Part shown: positions 22,162-30,696 of the stretch, piece after piece | How the letters are laid out: each line of letters begins with the position of its first letter | Numbering within the stretch: position 1 is the first letter of the stretch | DNA from: an uncultured Desulfovibrionaceae bacterium | Lineage (GTDB): Bacteria > Desulfobacterota > Desulfovibrionia > Desulfovibrionales > Desulfovibrionaceae | DNA: 64,000 nucleotides | Assembly (NCBI GenBank): GCA_949741925.1 | Contig: CATJOY010000029.1 | Span: 4,185-68,184, forward strand | Direction: 5' to 3' | Made by a program: the position numbers and the translations under genes | The notes under the pieces: model-generated | Seen by the model: only the letters and a program-made list of their open reading frames with translations | Database searches by the model: none | Told to the model about the DNA's origin: nothing

Positions 22162-22365
22162 ATGGAAAAACTGGATAAGGAAGCACTGCAGGTCAGCAAG
22201 GAAATTGTGGTCAAGTTTATCGAGGCCGGGCGCGTCTCCCCCTCCAACTTTGCCGAGGTCTTTCCGGCTGTGCACAGGGTTGTGCGCGAAACACTGCTGG
22301 ATTCCCCGGCCTCCGCGCTTTCTCCGGAGCCCTCCGGAGGCGGCAACAACCCCGTATTGATCTGA
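22162..22365 (+). CDS. small protein (67 aa) resembling only the N-terminal oligomerisation domain of MucR/Ros regulators
   Basis: MEKLDKEALQVSKEIVVKFIEAGRVSPSNFAEVFPAVHRVVRETL compared with the MucR pattern LVELTAxIVxAYVSNNxVxxxELPxLIxxVHxAL. No Cys/His zinc-finger part is present. Confidence 0.4.
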   Translation: MEKLDKEALQVSKEIVVKFIEAGRVSPSNFAEVFPAVHRVVRETLLDSPASALSPEPSGGGNNPVLI

Positions 22366-22446
22366 CACAGGAGTTTTGTCACGTCACCTCAAGCAGAGAA
22401 TTCAAAAACATCGGCTCGCCCGGAGATACCTGCTTCAGCCGGTTCT

Positions 22447-23193
22447 TTGAGCGTAGCGGCCATGTTTGGGCGCATCGCCTGCGGCTATGATCGGGCCAAC
22501 CGCTTGCTTAGCGGTGGGCTGGATATTTTGTGGCGGCGGCGCATGGTTGCCGAAGTGATCCGGGCGCTTAACGATGCGCCGCCTTTCGCGGGCGGGGCTG
22601 CGGACCAGGGGAAGCGCCCGGCGGGGCATCGCGTGCTGGATCTTGCGGCAGGCACCATGGATGTTTCTCTGGGGTTGGCCGAGGCGTTGCCCGGCTCTGT
22701 TGTCCTGGCCGCTGATTTTTGCCTGCCCATGCTTTTGGCCGGGGAGGTCAAGCGGCAAAGGAGGCAGCCCTGTTCCTCCGCTGGCCGGGTCTTGCCGCTG
22801 GCGGCTGATGGTTTTGCCTTGCCCTTGCCCGCTCATGCCGTGCACGCCGTGACGTTGGCCTTTGGTTTGCGTAATATGCAGCCGCGTTCAGCAGCCCTGG
22901 CGGAAATTTTTCGCGTTTTGACGCCGGGCGGCCGTCTTTATGTTCTTGAATTTGGTTCAGCCGGAGGAAAGCTTTGGGGCGGCCTCTACAATATCTATTT
23001 GCGTCATCTGCTTCCCCGCGTCGGCGGACTGTTGGCCGGCGATCGGGCGGCGTATGATTACCTTGCCACAACCATTGAGGAATTTCCTCCGGCAGGGGAA
23101 TTGGGTCGGGAGATGCTTGCGGTCGGTTTTTGCAGCGTTCGACCTATCCGGCTCAGCGGTGGCATAGTTTTCTTGCATATCGCCGAGAAATAG
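22447..23193 (+). CDS. ubiE: demethylmenaquinone/ubiquinone methyltransferase (UbiE/MenG family)
   Basis: FGRIACGYDRANRLLSGGLDILWRR, SAM motif VLDLAAGT, and LTPGGRLYVLEF. The start is uncertain (TTG 22447 or ATG 22462). Confidence 0.85.
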   Translation: MSVAAMFGRIACGYDRANRLLSGGLDILWRRRMVAEVIRALNDAPPFAGGAADQGKRPAGHRVLDLAAGTMDVSLGLAEALPGSVVLAADFCLPMLLAGEVKRQRRQPCSSAGRVLPLAADGFALPLPAHAVHAVTLAFGLRNMQPRSAALAEIFRVLTPGGRLYVLEFGSAGGKLWGGLYNIYLRHLLPRVGGLLAGDRAAYDYLATTIEEFPPAGELGREMLAVGFCSVRPIRLSGGIVFLHIAEK

Positions 23194-23584
23194 GGAAATA
23201 TCCGGGACGCGCGCGGCAAGGGAGGGGCAGAGAGATTGAGATACGGAAGCTCCTCCCGGTGTTGCGGGCTTTGTGGGAGGAGGGCGGTTTTATCGCCGTT
23301 GCCGGATTGCCGTCCCCTTGCAGGCTACGCTGTATAATTTTTCAAACGTACTGCGCCCCGCAGTAGGATAAGTTGCGTCGGATTCATACGGAGTGCATCA
23401 AGAGTTCCTTTACCGGGTGGCTTCTTTTCCTCCGAGGAAAAGGACGTTGACACATCTGCAGAGCCGGCGAAATCCTCTTTTTCCCCTTGTGTCAGGGGGA
23501 ATTCGCGCGGTCTCCAGCCATCGGATAGCGGACTCAGCCGAAGGATGGGCCGACTGGTTGTAACATGCAGGAGTATATAAGCCT

Positions 23585-24898
23585 ATGCATCAGACAACAG
23601 ATAAATTACCCTCGTCTCCCCGTATTGCCGTAGTGGGACTCGGCTATGTGGGGTTGCCCCTGGCCGTGGCTCTGGCCCGTCATTTTCCCCTGACCGGCTT
23701 TGATATATCCCAGGAGAGGATCGCCGAGCTGCAAAGAGGGGAGGATCATACCCGAGAAGTAGCCTCCGCGGATCTCGCCGGATCCGGCGCGTTCTTTACC
23801 TGCGATCCTGCAAAGCTTGAGGATGCCAGGGTTATTATTGTTGCTGTGCCGACTCCGGTGGATGCTCATAATAATCCTAATCTTAAGCCGGTGAAGAACG
23901 CCTGCGTCACGGTAGGACGTCATATGCGCCCCGGTACTGTCGTCGTGTTTGAATCCACGGTGTACCCCGGCGTTACTGAGGATGTTTGCGTGCCCATTTT
24001 GGAAGAGGAGTCGGGCTTAGCATTTGGCCGGGATTTTTCAGTAGGCTATTCGCCGGAGCGGATCAACCCCGGCGATCGAGTTCATACCTTGGAGAATGTG
24101 GTCAAGATTGTTTCCGCCAGCGATGCCCGGAGCCTGGATCTGTTGGCTTCCATTTACGGCGCTGTTGTTGCGGCGGGCGTTCATAAGGCCCCTTCCATCA
24201 AAGTGGCGGAAGCAGCCAAGGTTATCGAAAACACCCAGCGGGATCTGAATATTGCTCTGATGAACGAATTGGCGGTGATTTTCCACAAACTCGGTATCGA
24301 TACCCTGGATGTACTGGAAGCCGCCGGCACCAAGTGGAATTTCTTGCCGTTTCGGCCGGGCTTGGTTGGCGGGCACTGCATCGGGGTAGATCCCTACTAC
24401 CTGACCTATAAGGCCGAAGAACAAGGCTATGCGCCGCAGGTGATCCTTGCGGGACGGCGCATTAACGACTTCATGGGCAAATATGTCGCCGAGCAAACTG
24501 TCAAAATGCTGATCGACCAGGGCAAGCAGGTCAAGGGAGCACGGGTAGGGCTTTTAGGGCTTACCTTTAAGGAGAATGTGCCGGATCTTCGGAATTCCAA
24601 AGTTGTGGATATCATCCACGAGCTGGAGACCTTTGGGGTGGAAGTTTTGGTAAACGATCCTCTGGCGGATCCTGCCGAAGCCCGGGCCGAGTATGGCTGC
24701 ACGCTTCAGCCCTTGGATGCTTTTGTTACCCTGGATGCCCTGGTGCTGACCGTGGGGCACCAGGAGTATGCTTCTCTTGGCCTGGCCGGATTAGCCTCCC
24801 GTTTCACCGCCGGAACAAAGCCTTTGCTTTTGGATGTGAAAAGCTTTTGGAACCGGGAAGAGGCGTCAGCCCTCGGCTATGAGTACTGGCGTCTGTGA
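23585..24898 (+). CDS. UDP-N-acetyl-hexosamine 6-dehydrogenase (TviB/WbpO-like nucleotide-sugar dehydrogenase)
   Basis: VVGLGYVGLPLAVALA, ESTVYPGVTEDVCVPILEE, SIKVAEAAKVIENTQRDLNIALMNELA and KWNFLPFRPGLVGGHCIGVDPYYL are near-collinear with S. Typhi TviB. Confidence 0.9.
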   Translation: MHQTTDKLPSSPRIAVVGLGYVGLPLAVALARHFPLTGFDISQERIAELQRGEDHTREVASADLAGSGAFFTCDPAKLEDARVIIVAVPTPVDAHNNPNLKPVKNACVTVGRHMRPGTVVVFESTVYPGVTEDVCVPILEEESGLAFGRDFSVGYSPERINPGDRVHTLENVVKIVSASDARSLDLLASIYGAVVAAGVHKAPSIKVAEAAKVIENTQRDLNIALMNELAVIFHKLGIDTLDVLEAAGTKWNFLPFRPGLVGGHCIGVDPYYLTYKAEEQGYAPQVILAGRRINDFMGKYVAEQTVKMLIDQGKQVKGARVGLLGLTFKENVPDLRNSKVVDIIHELETFGVEVLVNDPLADPAEARAEYGCTLQPLDAFVTLDALVLTVGHQEYASLGLAGLASRFTAGTKPLLLDVKSFWNREEASALGYEYWRL

Positions 24899-25024
24899 GC
24901 GGAGCGCGGCGGTGGAAAGCGCCGCGCGTCTGCCGAGAATCCCCTGTGCGGGCTTTTCTATGACTACAGGCAGAACCGCGCGCGGTCGGCTGTTCCAGCC
25001 GCCGCTCCACAGGAGAGACTTTGC

Positions 25025-25990
25025 ATGCGTGAGCTGAAACGTCAGTTGCAGGAAGAGCGGAAACGCATCAATGCCGTGTTGGAACGCGAGTGTTCCCTAC
25101 TGCCTCCGTTGGTCAGGCCGGTGGCCGAGCATATTCTCAATTCCGGGGGCAAACGTCTGCGTCCGCTGCTGACGGCCTTTATGGCTAAGGTCTTTGATTG
25201 TGATCATGCCGATATTTACGATCTCGGCGCGGCCGTTGAACTTTGCCATATGGCCACGCTTCTGCATGACGATATTTTTGACCATGCCGCGACCCGGCGG
25301 GGTAAAACCTCGGCTCACGCCATTTTCGGGGTTACCCCGGTCATGCTTGCGGGAGACGCTATGTTAGGGCAGGCCGCTCATTTGGCCTCCAGGCAGTGCA
25401 ACGGCGACATCGTTTCCTGCTTTGGCCAGGCCATTGTGCATACCGCTCAGGGCGAGGTTGCCGAGTTTCAGAGCCTTGGGCGGATCGATCTGCCTTACGA
25501 GGAATACTTGGAGATTATATCCGGCAAGACCGCCTGGGCCCTGCGCTCGGCCTGCGAAGTGGCCGCCATCCGCAGCGGCGCGGAGCCGGAAGCCGTTCAG
25601 GCCGCTGCCCGCTTCGGCATGGAGCTGGGCATAGCCTTCCAGATCATTGACGATGCTTTGGATATCGCTCCGGAAAAAATCATCGGCAAACCCGCCGGAG
25701 GCGATATCCGGGAGGGCAAGAGCACTCCGTTGATCCGCTTTTACTGGGAAAGCCTGCCTTCGGATCGGGCTGCCGCCTTTGCCGCAAAATTCAAGGAACG
25801 CAGTTTTGAGGAAAGTGAAGTGCAGGCGGCCATTGAGGCGATGCGCAAGGAGAAGCTGGATGTGCGGACCCGCCGTCTGGCCGCGCAGCATCTCCAAAAC
25901 GCTCTGGAGGCCCTGAAGGTTTTGCCTGAAGGCCCGGGCCGCGATACCCTGGTTAAAGTTTCCGAGTTCATCTGTTCCAGGAACAACTGA
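25025..25990 (+). CDS. long-chain trans-polyprenyl diphosphate synthase (IspB/HepT-like)
   Basis: GGKRLRPLL, first Asp-rich motif LLHDDIFDHAATRRG, second motif FQIIDDALD. Confidence 0.85.
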   Translation: MRELKRQLQEERKRINAVLERECSLLPPLVRPVAEHILNSGGKRLRPLLTAFMAKVFDCDHADIYDLGAAVELCHMATLLHDDIFDHAATRRGKTSAHAIFGVTPVMLAGDAMLGQAAHLASRQCNGDIVSCFGQAIVHTAQGEVAEFQSLGRIDLPYEEYLEIISGKTAWALRSACEVAAIRSGAEPEAVQAAARFGMELGIAFQIIDDALDIAPEKIIGKPAGGDIREGKSTPLIRFYWESLPSDRAAAFAAKFKERSFEESEVQAAIEAMRKEKLDVRTRRLAAQHLQNALEALKVLPEGPGRDTLVKVSEFICSRNN

Positions 25991-26064
25991 CGCAGTTCGG
26001 CGGCCGGGAGGGTTTCTGCACAGGGCGGGCCTGCGCCGCCCTGTGAGCAGAGGCCTCGCGCGCT

Positions 26065-29000
26065 GTGGTGACAGTACGCATCCAAAGTATGCTCGAGTAC
26101 CTGTATTATCTTTGCATTGCTCCCCTTGAAGGTCTGATGCGCTGGCTTCTTGAGGGAGGCTATTCTCTTACCGGATCCTGGGGCGCCTCTCTGGTGCTGC
26201 TCAGCCTGGCGGTCAATACGCTCCTCCTGCCTCTCTACCATCTGGCCGAATCCTGGCAGGAGGCGGAACGGGCCAAACAAGCGGCCATGGCCGCGAAGCT
26301 GGCAGAGATCAAGGCTGTTTTTAAAGGCAGAGAGCGCTATATGCTGGTGCGTACCTTGTACCGCCAGCATCGCTACCATCCGGTTATGGCCGTGCGGACC
26401 AGTTTTGGCTTTCTGATCCAGGTGCCTTTTTTCTTTGCGGCCTTTCATCTGCTGAACGACTTTGCGCCACTGCGCGGCGTGAGCCTTTGGGGCATCGCTG
26501 ATCTGGCCGCGCCAGATAGGCTGCTGCATGTGGGCCCTTACCATTTCAATGTGCTCCCTTTTGTGATGACCGGCGCCAACGTCCTTTCCGCCGCCGTGTA
26601 CACAACGCGCTTGACCCTTAGGGAGAAGCGGCGGCTCTGGCTGATCGCCGCATTGTTTTTGGCGCTGCTCTACACCTCTTCGGCGGCCCTGCTGCTTTAC
26701 TGGACTTGCAACAATATCTTTTCCCTGTTCAAAAATCTGGTTTACGCGCGCTGGGTTTACCGGGATGCACCCGGTCAAGCCGCTGCCGGTGCCGGTCTGT
26801 TCCATGCGGCGGAGTCGGTCGGCTCGCCGGGGCGCTTCGGTCGAGTAGAGCCCGCCGAGAGTAGCGGACAAAGGGACGCCGCTCCTCGAGCAGGAGCCGC
26901 CCCGGCCGAGAGCACCGGGAAGGGATACGCCTCGAAGGCGGCTTTGGGGATTGCCCCGGCTCCTTCCGCCGGAAGGACCGCCCTTTTGCTGACGCTGGTT
27001 TCTTTCTTGGCGGGACTGGCCTTTTTTATCTACGGCGATCTCTTGCGCAAGGCCACGAGCCTTGCCGCATATGAACCGCAGGCGATCTACGCCTTCGCGG
27101 CCTTGCTGTTTGCTGCAGCCTTGTTCTTCAGCACCCGCAGGCCGGGGCGGCAGTCCACCTTTTCTTTGATCCTGCCCGCTGTATTCCTTATCGGCAGTAT
27201 GGCAATGCTGTTGGTCTGGGGGCTTACCCCTGCCAAGAAAGTGCAAACCGCTGCCGGATGGATCTATTACCGGCTCATGGCTGTGAACACTGGACTTATG
27301 ACAGCGGTTATCCTGAGCGTTTCCCCTTTTTCCTCCCTCCTTGCCCGGTTGGCCCGCAAGGCCGCCTTGTTTATGGAGCCCGGTACGGCTTTCCGGTTGG
27401 GGGTGGCGTCTCTCGCAGCTTTTTGCGCTGTGAGCCTGCTCTATACCCCGGGGGTAGTCTTTTGTTCGGATCCGGAGTTCTTTTATGAGAGCGCCGCCCT
27501 TATTTTTGCCCGCCTGACCTTGATTTCCCTGGCCCTGCTGGCCGCCGGGATAAGCCTTCTGCGTTCGGCAACCGGCGAAGGAAAGCCCCTTCCGGCCATT
27601 TTGCTGGCTTGGATCGGTTTGCTGGCCTGCCTGTATACCTTTCTCGCGCCGGGCGATTACGGCAATATGGATGAATTTACGCTTTTGGATACCCACCTTT
27701 TAGAGAGTCTGTGGTTCCTTGTCCCAGATATACTGATCCCTGCGGGGGCTCTCCTCCTCCTTCTCCTGCTGCTCCGCAAAGGCTACGCCGCCGCCCTCAC
27801 CCGGACTCTGGCCGGGGTAGCTCTGGTTTTGACGCTGCTTACCGCCTTCCGCTTGGGCGTCATAGAGCAGCCGCCTTTGCCTACCCGAGGGGAAGTCTCC
27901 GCCCGGCTTCCGGATTATAACGACGCGCTCTTTGGGTTCAGTAAGACAGGCTCCAATATTCTGGTCATCATGTTGGATATGTTCAGCGGGGGCCACGTGG
28001 AGCGCATGTTTGCTGAAGACCCGGACCTCCTCCGCCGTTTTCGCGGGTTTACCTGGTATCCGGATACGCTGGCTCCCGGCGCGACGACCTTTCTCTCCCT
28101 GGCTTCCTTGTTTGGCGGCGAGGAGTATACGCCCTCGGCCGTCAATGCCCGGCGGACGGCATCGCTGGCCGAAGAACAGAACAAGGCCTATGCCCTGTTA
28201 CCCTCGATCCTGGCTGCTAGGGATTTTGCTGTTGCTCTTGCCGAGATCGAAGGTTTGCAACCGGATCTCTTTATGAAGCATTTTTCTTCTGATCGGCCAG
28301 TTACGTTGGTGGGCAGATCTATCCGGACTGCCTATGCCGGATACTGGCGGGCCAAGAAGGGCCTGCCGGGCCGTGAGCCGGATTCCCTGGCTCCGTTTCT
28401 TGCGGCCATGGGTATTTTCCGGGCTTCCCCTTGGCTGCTGCGCCGCGATATGTATAACGACGGCGCCTGGATGAACAGCATTGCTTATAAAAATAACCGC
28501 AGTGAAGGGCCCTATGCGCTGCTCGATGTTTTGCCGGATGTTGCCCATGCCGAAAGCCCGCGCAGTACCTTCAAGTTTATCACCAGCCAAATCAGCCATT
28601 ACCCGTGGCAGTTGGACGGTCTGACCTGCCTGCCCGCCGACAGTCACTCCTCGGCCCGCGAGGAGGATGGCATAATCACCCGGCACTACTACGCCGAGCG
28701 GTGCGCCATGCGGAGCCTGGGCCGTTTTTTTGACTGGATGCGCGAGCGGGGAATTTTTAATAACACCATGATCATTCTCGTCTCGGATCACGACGCCGAT
28801 GATAGCCCGGCTATCGGCCCTGCCTTTGACAGCTTGCGCAACGGTTCCGTTCCCTGGAAGCCTCACGCGCTGCTGATGGTCAAAAATCCGCAAGCCCAAG
28901 GGCCCTGGCGGGCAAATATGCAGCCTATGGCCTCAAGCGATCTGCCCGCGCTTATTTGCAATGAATTCGGCCCTTGCCCCGGTCTGGATGGTCCAGACCC

Positions 29001-29166
29001 CCTCGACCTTGACCCGGCGACACGGGTGCGCATCCACAGCTCCGGCTTGGCCGTGCCCGCCCGGCATAAACGGGATCGCTTTATCACCAGAGATTACGCT
29101 GTCACTGGTTCCATGTTTGAGCCTGAGAACTGGCGCGCGCTCCCCCCGGAAGGCAAGAACCAATGA
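26065..29166 (+). CDS. fusion protein: YidC/Oxa1-like core, Ala/Gly/Pro linker, about nine TM helices, periplasmic LtaS/sulfatase-type (alkaline-phosphatase superfamily) transferase domain (1033 aa)
   Basis: N-terminal part: LLLPLYHLAESWQEAERAKQAAMAAKLAEIKAVFKGRERYMLVRTLYRQHRYHPVMA...GFLIQVPFFFAAFHLL...LLLYWTCNNIFSLFKN. C-terminal part: NILVIMLDMFSGGH, GATTFLSLASLFGG, SHYPW, MIILVSDHD. The start is GTG 26065 or ATG 26089. Confidence 0.7.
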   Translation: MVTVRIQSMLEYLYYLCIAPLEGLMRWLLEGGYSLTGSWGASLVLLSLAVNTLLLPLYHLAESWQEAERAKQAAMAAKLAEIKAVFKGRERYMLVRTLYRQHRYHPVMAVRTSFGFLIQVPFFFAAFHLLNDFAPLRGVSLWGIADLAAPDRLLHVGPYHFNVLPFVMTGANVLSAAVYTTRLTLREKRRLWLIAALFLALLYTSSAALLLYWTCNNIFSLFKNLVYARWVYRDAPGQAAAGAGLFHAAESVGSPGRFGRVEPAESSGQRDAAPRAGAAPAESTGKGYASKAALGIAPAPSAGRTALLLTLVSFLAGLAFFIYGDLLRKATSLAAYEPQAIYAFAALLFAAALFFSTRRPGRQSTFSLILPAVFLIGSMAMLLVWGLTPAKKVQTAAGWIYYRLMAVNTGLMTAVILSVSPFSSLLARLARKAALFMEPGTAFRLGVASLAAFCAVSLLYTPGVVFCSDPEFFYESAALIFARLTLISLALLAAGISLLRSATGEGKPLPAILLAWIGLLACLYTFLAPGDYGNMDEFTLLDTHLLESLWFLVPDILIPAGALLLLLLLLRKGYAAALTRTLAGVALVLTLLTAFRLGVIEQPPLPTRGEVSARLPDYNDALFGFSKTGSNILVIMLDMFSGGHVERMFAEDPDLLRRFRGFTWYPDTLAPGATTFLSLASLFGGEEYTPSAVNARRTASLAEEQNKAYALLPSILAARDFAVALAEIEGLQPDLFMKHFSSDRPVTLVGRSIRTAYAGYWRAKKGLPGREPDSLAPFLAAMGIFRASPWLLRRDMYNDGAWMNSIAYKNNRSEGPYALLDVLPDVAHAESPRSTFKFITSQISHYPWQLDGLTCLPADSHSSAREEDGIITRHYYAERCAMRSLGRFFDWMRERGIFNNTMIILVSDHDADDSPAIGPAFDSLRNGSVPWKPHALLMVKNPQAQGPWRANMQPMASSDLPALICNEFGPCPGLDGPDPLDLDPATRVRIHSSGLAVPARHKRDRFITRDYAVTGSMFEPENWRALPPEGKNQ

Positions 29167-30581
29167 GCGCGGCGCGAATTCTTGGCCTGGTCGGCGTGTA
29201 TCTTCTGGCGTTGCCCTCTCCGGCCTTGGCCTATCTTGATCCGGGAACCGGCAGTATGCTGCTCTCTGCCCTGATCGGTCTTGTGGCCACGGTCTTCTTT
29301 ATGCTTAAGGCCCTGTGGTATAAAAGCGCCTCCTTTTGGTATCGTCTGCGCGGCCTTGAGGCCCCTTCTTCCCGGGGCGACATTGTTTTTTACTCGGAAG
29401 GCCGCCAGTATTGGGCCACCTTTAAGCCCATTGTCGAAGCCCTGGAAAAGCGTGGCGCACCGTTACTCTATCTCAGTTCAGATTCCGGGGATCCCGGCCT
29501 TGCGGACCGCGCTGCCTCCAGCCGGGCCCGCTGCATAGGCAAGGGCAGCCGAGCCTTTGCCTTGCTCAATCTCCTGGAGGCAGATATCTGCGTGCTGACC
29601 ACACCGGGGCTGGATGTTTTACAGATCCGTCGTTCTCCCGGCGTAGCCCATTACAGCCACATGGTTCATGCCATTACGGATATGGCTTTTTACAAGCTCT
29701 ATTCCTTTGATTACTTCGATAGTATCTTGCTTGGCGGTCCCCACCAGTCCCGATCCCTGCGTTGGCTGGAATCGCTTCGCGGCACGCCGCCCAAGATGCT
29801 TCTGGAAACCGGCTGCCCGTATATGGACGTGTTGGCCTCCGAGCGCGGGCATGAGGCGGAGGAAAAAACCGCCTGTGATCCCCCCCCGGAGCTGCACGGT
29901 CAGGCGGTAAGCTCGGAAAGGCAGCCGGAGGATCAGGCCGGGAAAGTGAGTGGGAAAGGCCCGGGCATGCGGCCTGCCCTTCTTGTGGCTCCCACCTGGG
30001 GCCGCAACGGGCTGCTGACCCGTTTCGGCTTGGAACTGCTGCAGCCCCTGGCCGATGCCGGTTTCAGGCTGTGCATTCGGCCGCATCCCCAAAGTTCCCT
30101 TGCCGAGCCCGGGTTACTGCGGGAGCTTCAAGCCGCCTTGGCAAAACACCAGGCCGTATCCTGGGATTTTGGTCCCAGCCCCTTTGCGGCTATGCAGCGG
30201 GCTGATGTGCTGCTATCTGATCTTTCAGGCATTGTGTTTGACTTTGCCTTGATTTTTGAAAAACCTGTTTTGACCATGGAATTCACGCCTGATCTTCGGG
30301 GGCAGGAAGCCAATGATCTGCCCTGGAGGGCTTGGGAACTGGAAATCTTGCCCCGTCTTGGCCAAACTCTTTGCCCGGCTGATATACCGCGCCTGCCGGA
30401 AATTATCGCCGGTCTTCCTCCTGCGGAGGTCTTTGTTCCGGCTATGCGAAGCCTGCGCGCCGCAAGCCTGTATAACTTCAAGCGCAGCGGCGAGGTGGCC
30501 GCGGGGCAGCTCCTGGCGATTCAGGCCGGTATCAGGGCGCGTCGGGAGGAGGGAAGGCTACCCGGCGCCGCTGCGGTGTGA
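29163..30581 (+). CDS. CDP-glycerol glycerophosphotransferase-like enzyme (TagB/TagF family) with N-terminal membrane anchor
   Basis: The start overlaps the upstream stop as ATGA. N-terminus AYLDPGTGSMLLSALIGLVATVFFML. C-terminal half carries LLVAPTWGRNGL, LCIRPHPQS and DVLLSDLSGIVFDFALIFEKPVL. Confidence 0.7.
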   Translation: MSAARILGLVGVYLLALPSPALAYLDPGTGSMLLSALIGLVATVFFMLKALWYKSASFWYRLRGLEAPSSRGDIVFYSEGRQYWATFKPIVEALEKRGAPLLYLSSDSGDPGLADRAASSRARCIGKGSRAFALLNLLEADICVLTTPGLDVLQIRRSPGVAHYSHMVHAITDMAFYKLYSFDYFDSILLGGPHQSRSLRWLESLRGTPPKMLLETGCPYMDVLASERGHEAEEKTACDPPPELHGQAVSSERQPEDQAGKVSGKGPGMRPALLVAPTWGRNGLLTRFGLELLQPLADAGFRLCIRPHPQSSLAEPGLLRELQAALAKHQAVSWDFGPSPFAAMQRADVLLSDLSGIVFDFALIFEKPVLTMEFTPDLRGQEANDLPWRAWELEILPRLGQTLCPADIPRLPEIIAGLPPAEVFVPAMRSLRAASLYNFKRSGEVAAGQLLAIQAGIRARREEGRLPGAAAV

Positions 30582-30696
30582 ACCAGCGGTCGAGCACGGG
30601 CAACAAACCGTTCGTGAACCGTTGGCTTCGGCTGTGTTAGGGCGACGGCGTGCCGGTATCAGGCCTGAATGAGGTTGTATCAAAGGAAGGAAGAGA

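Noticed and set aside
25741-27696. 651-aa ORF on the minus strand
   Set aside because: It is antisense to the polyprenyl synthase end and the YidC-LtaS fusion gene. The translation is extremely Arg/Gly/Gln/Pro-rich, with no TM segment or motif, so it is a shadow ORF.
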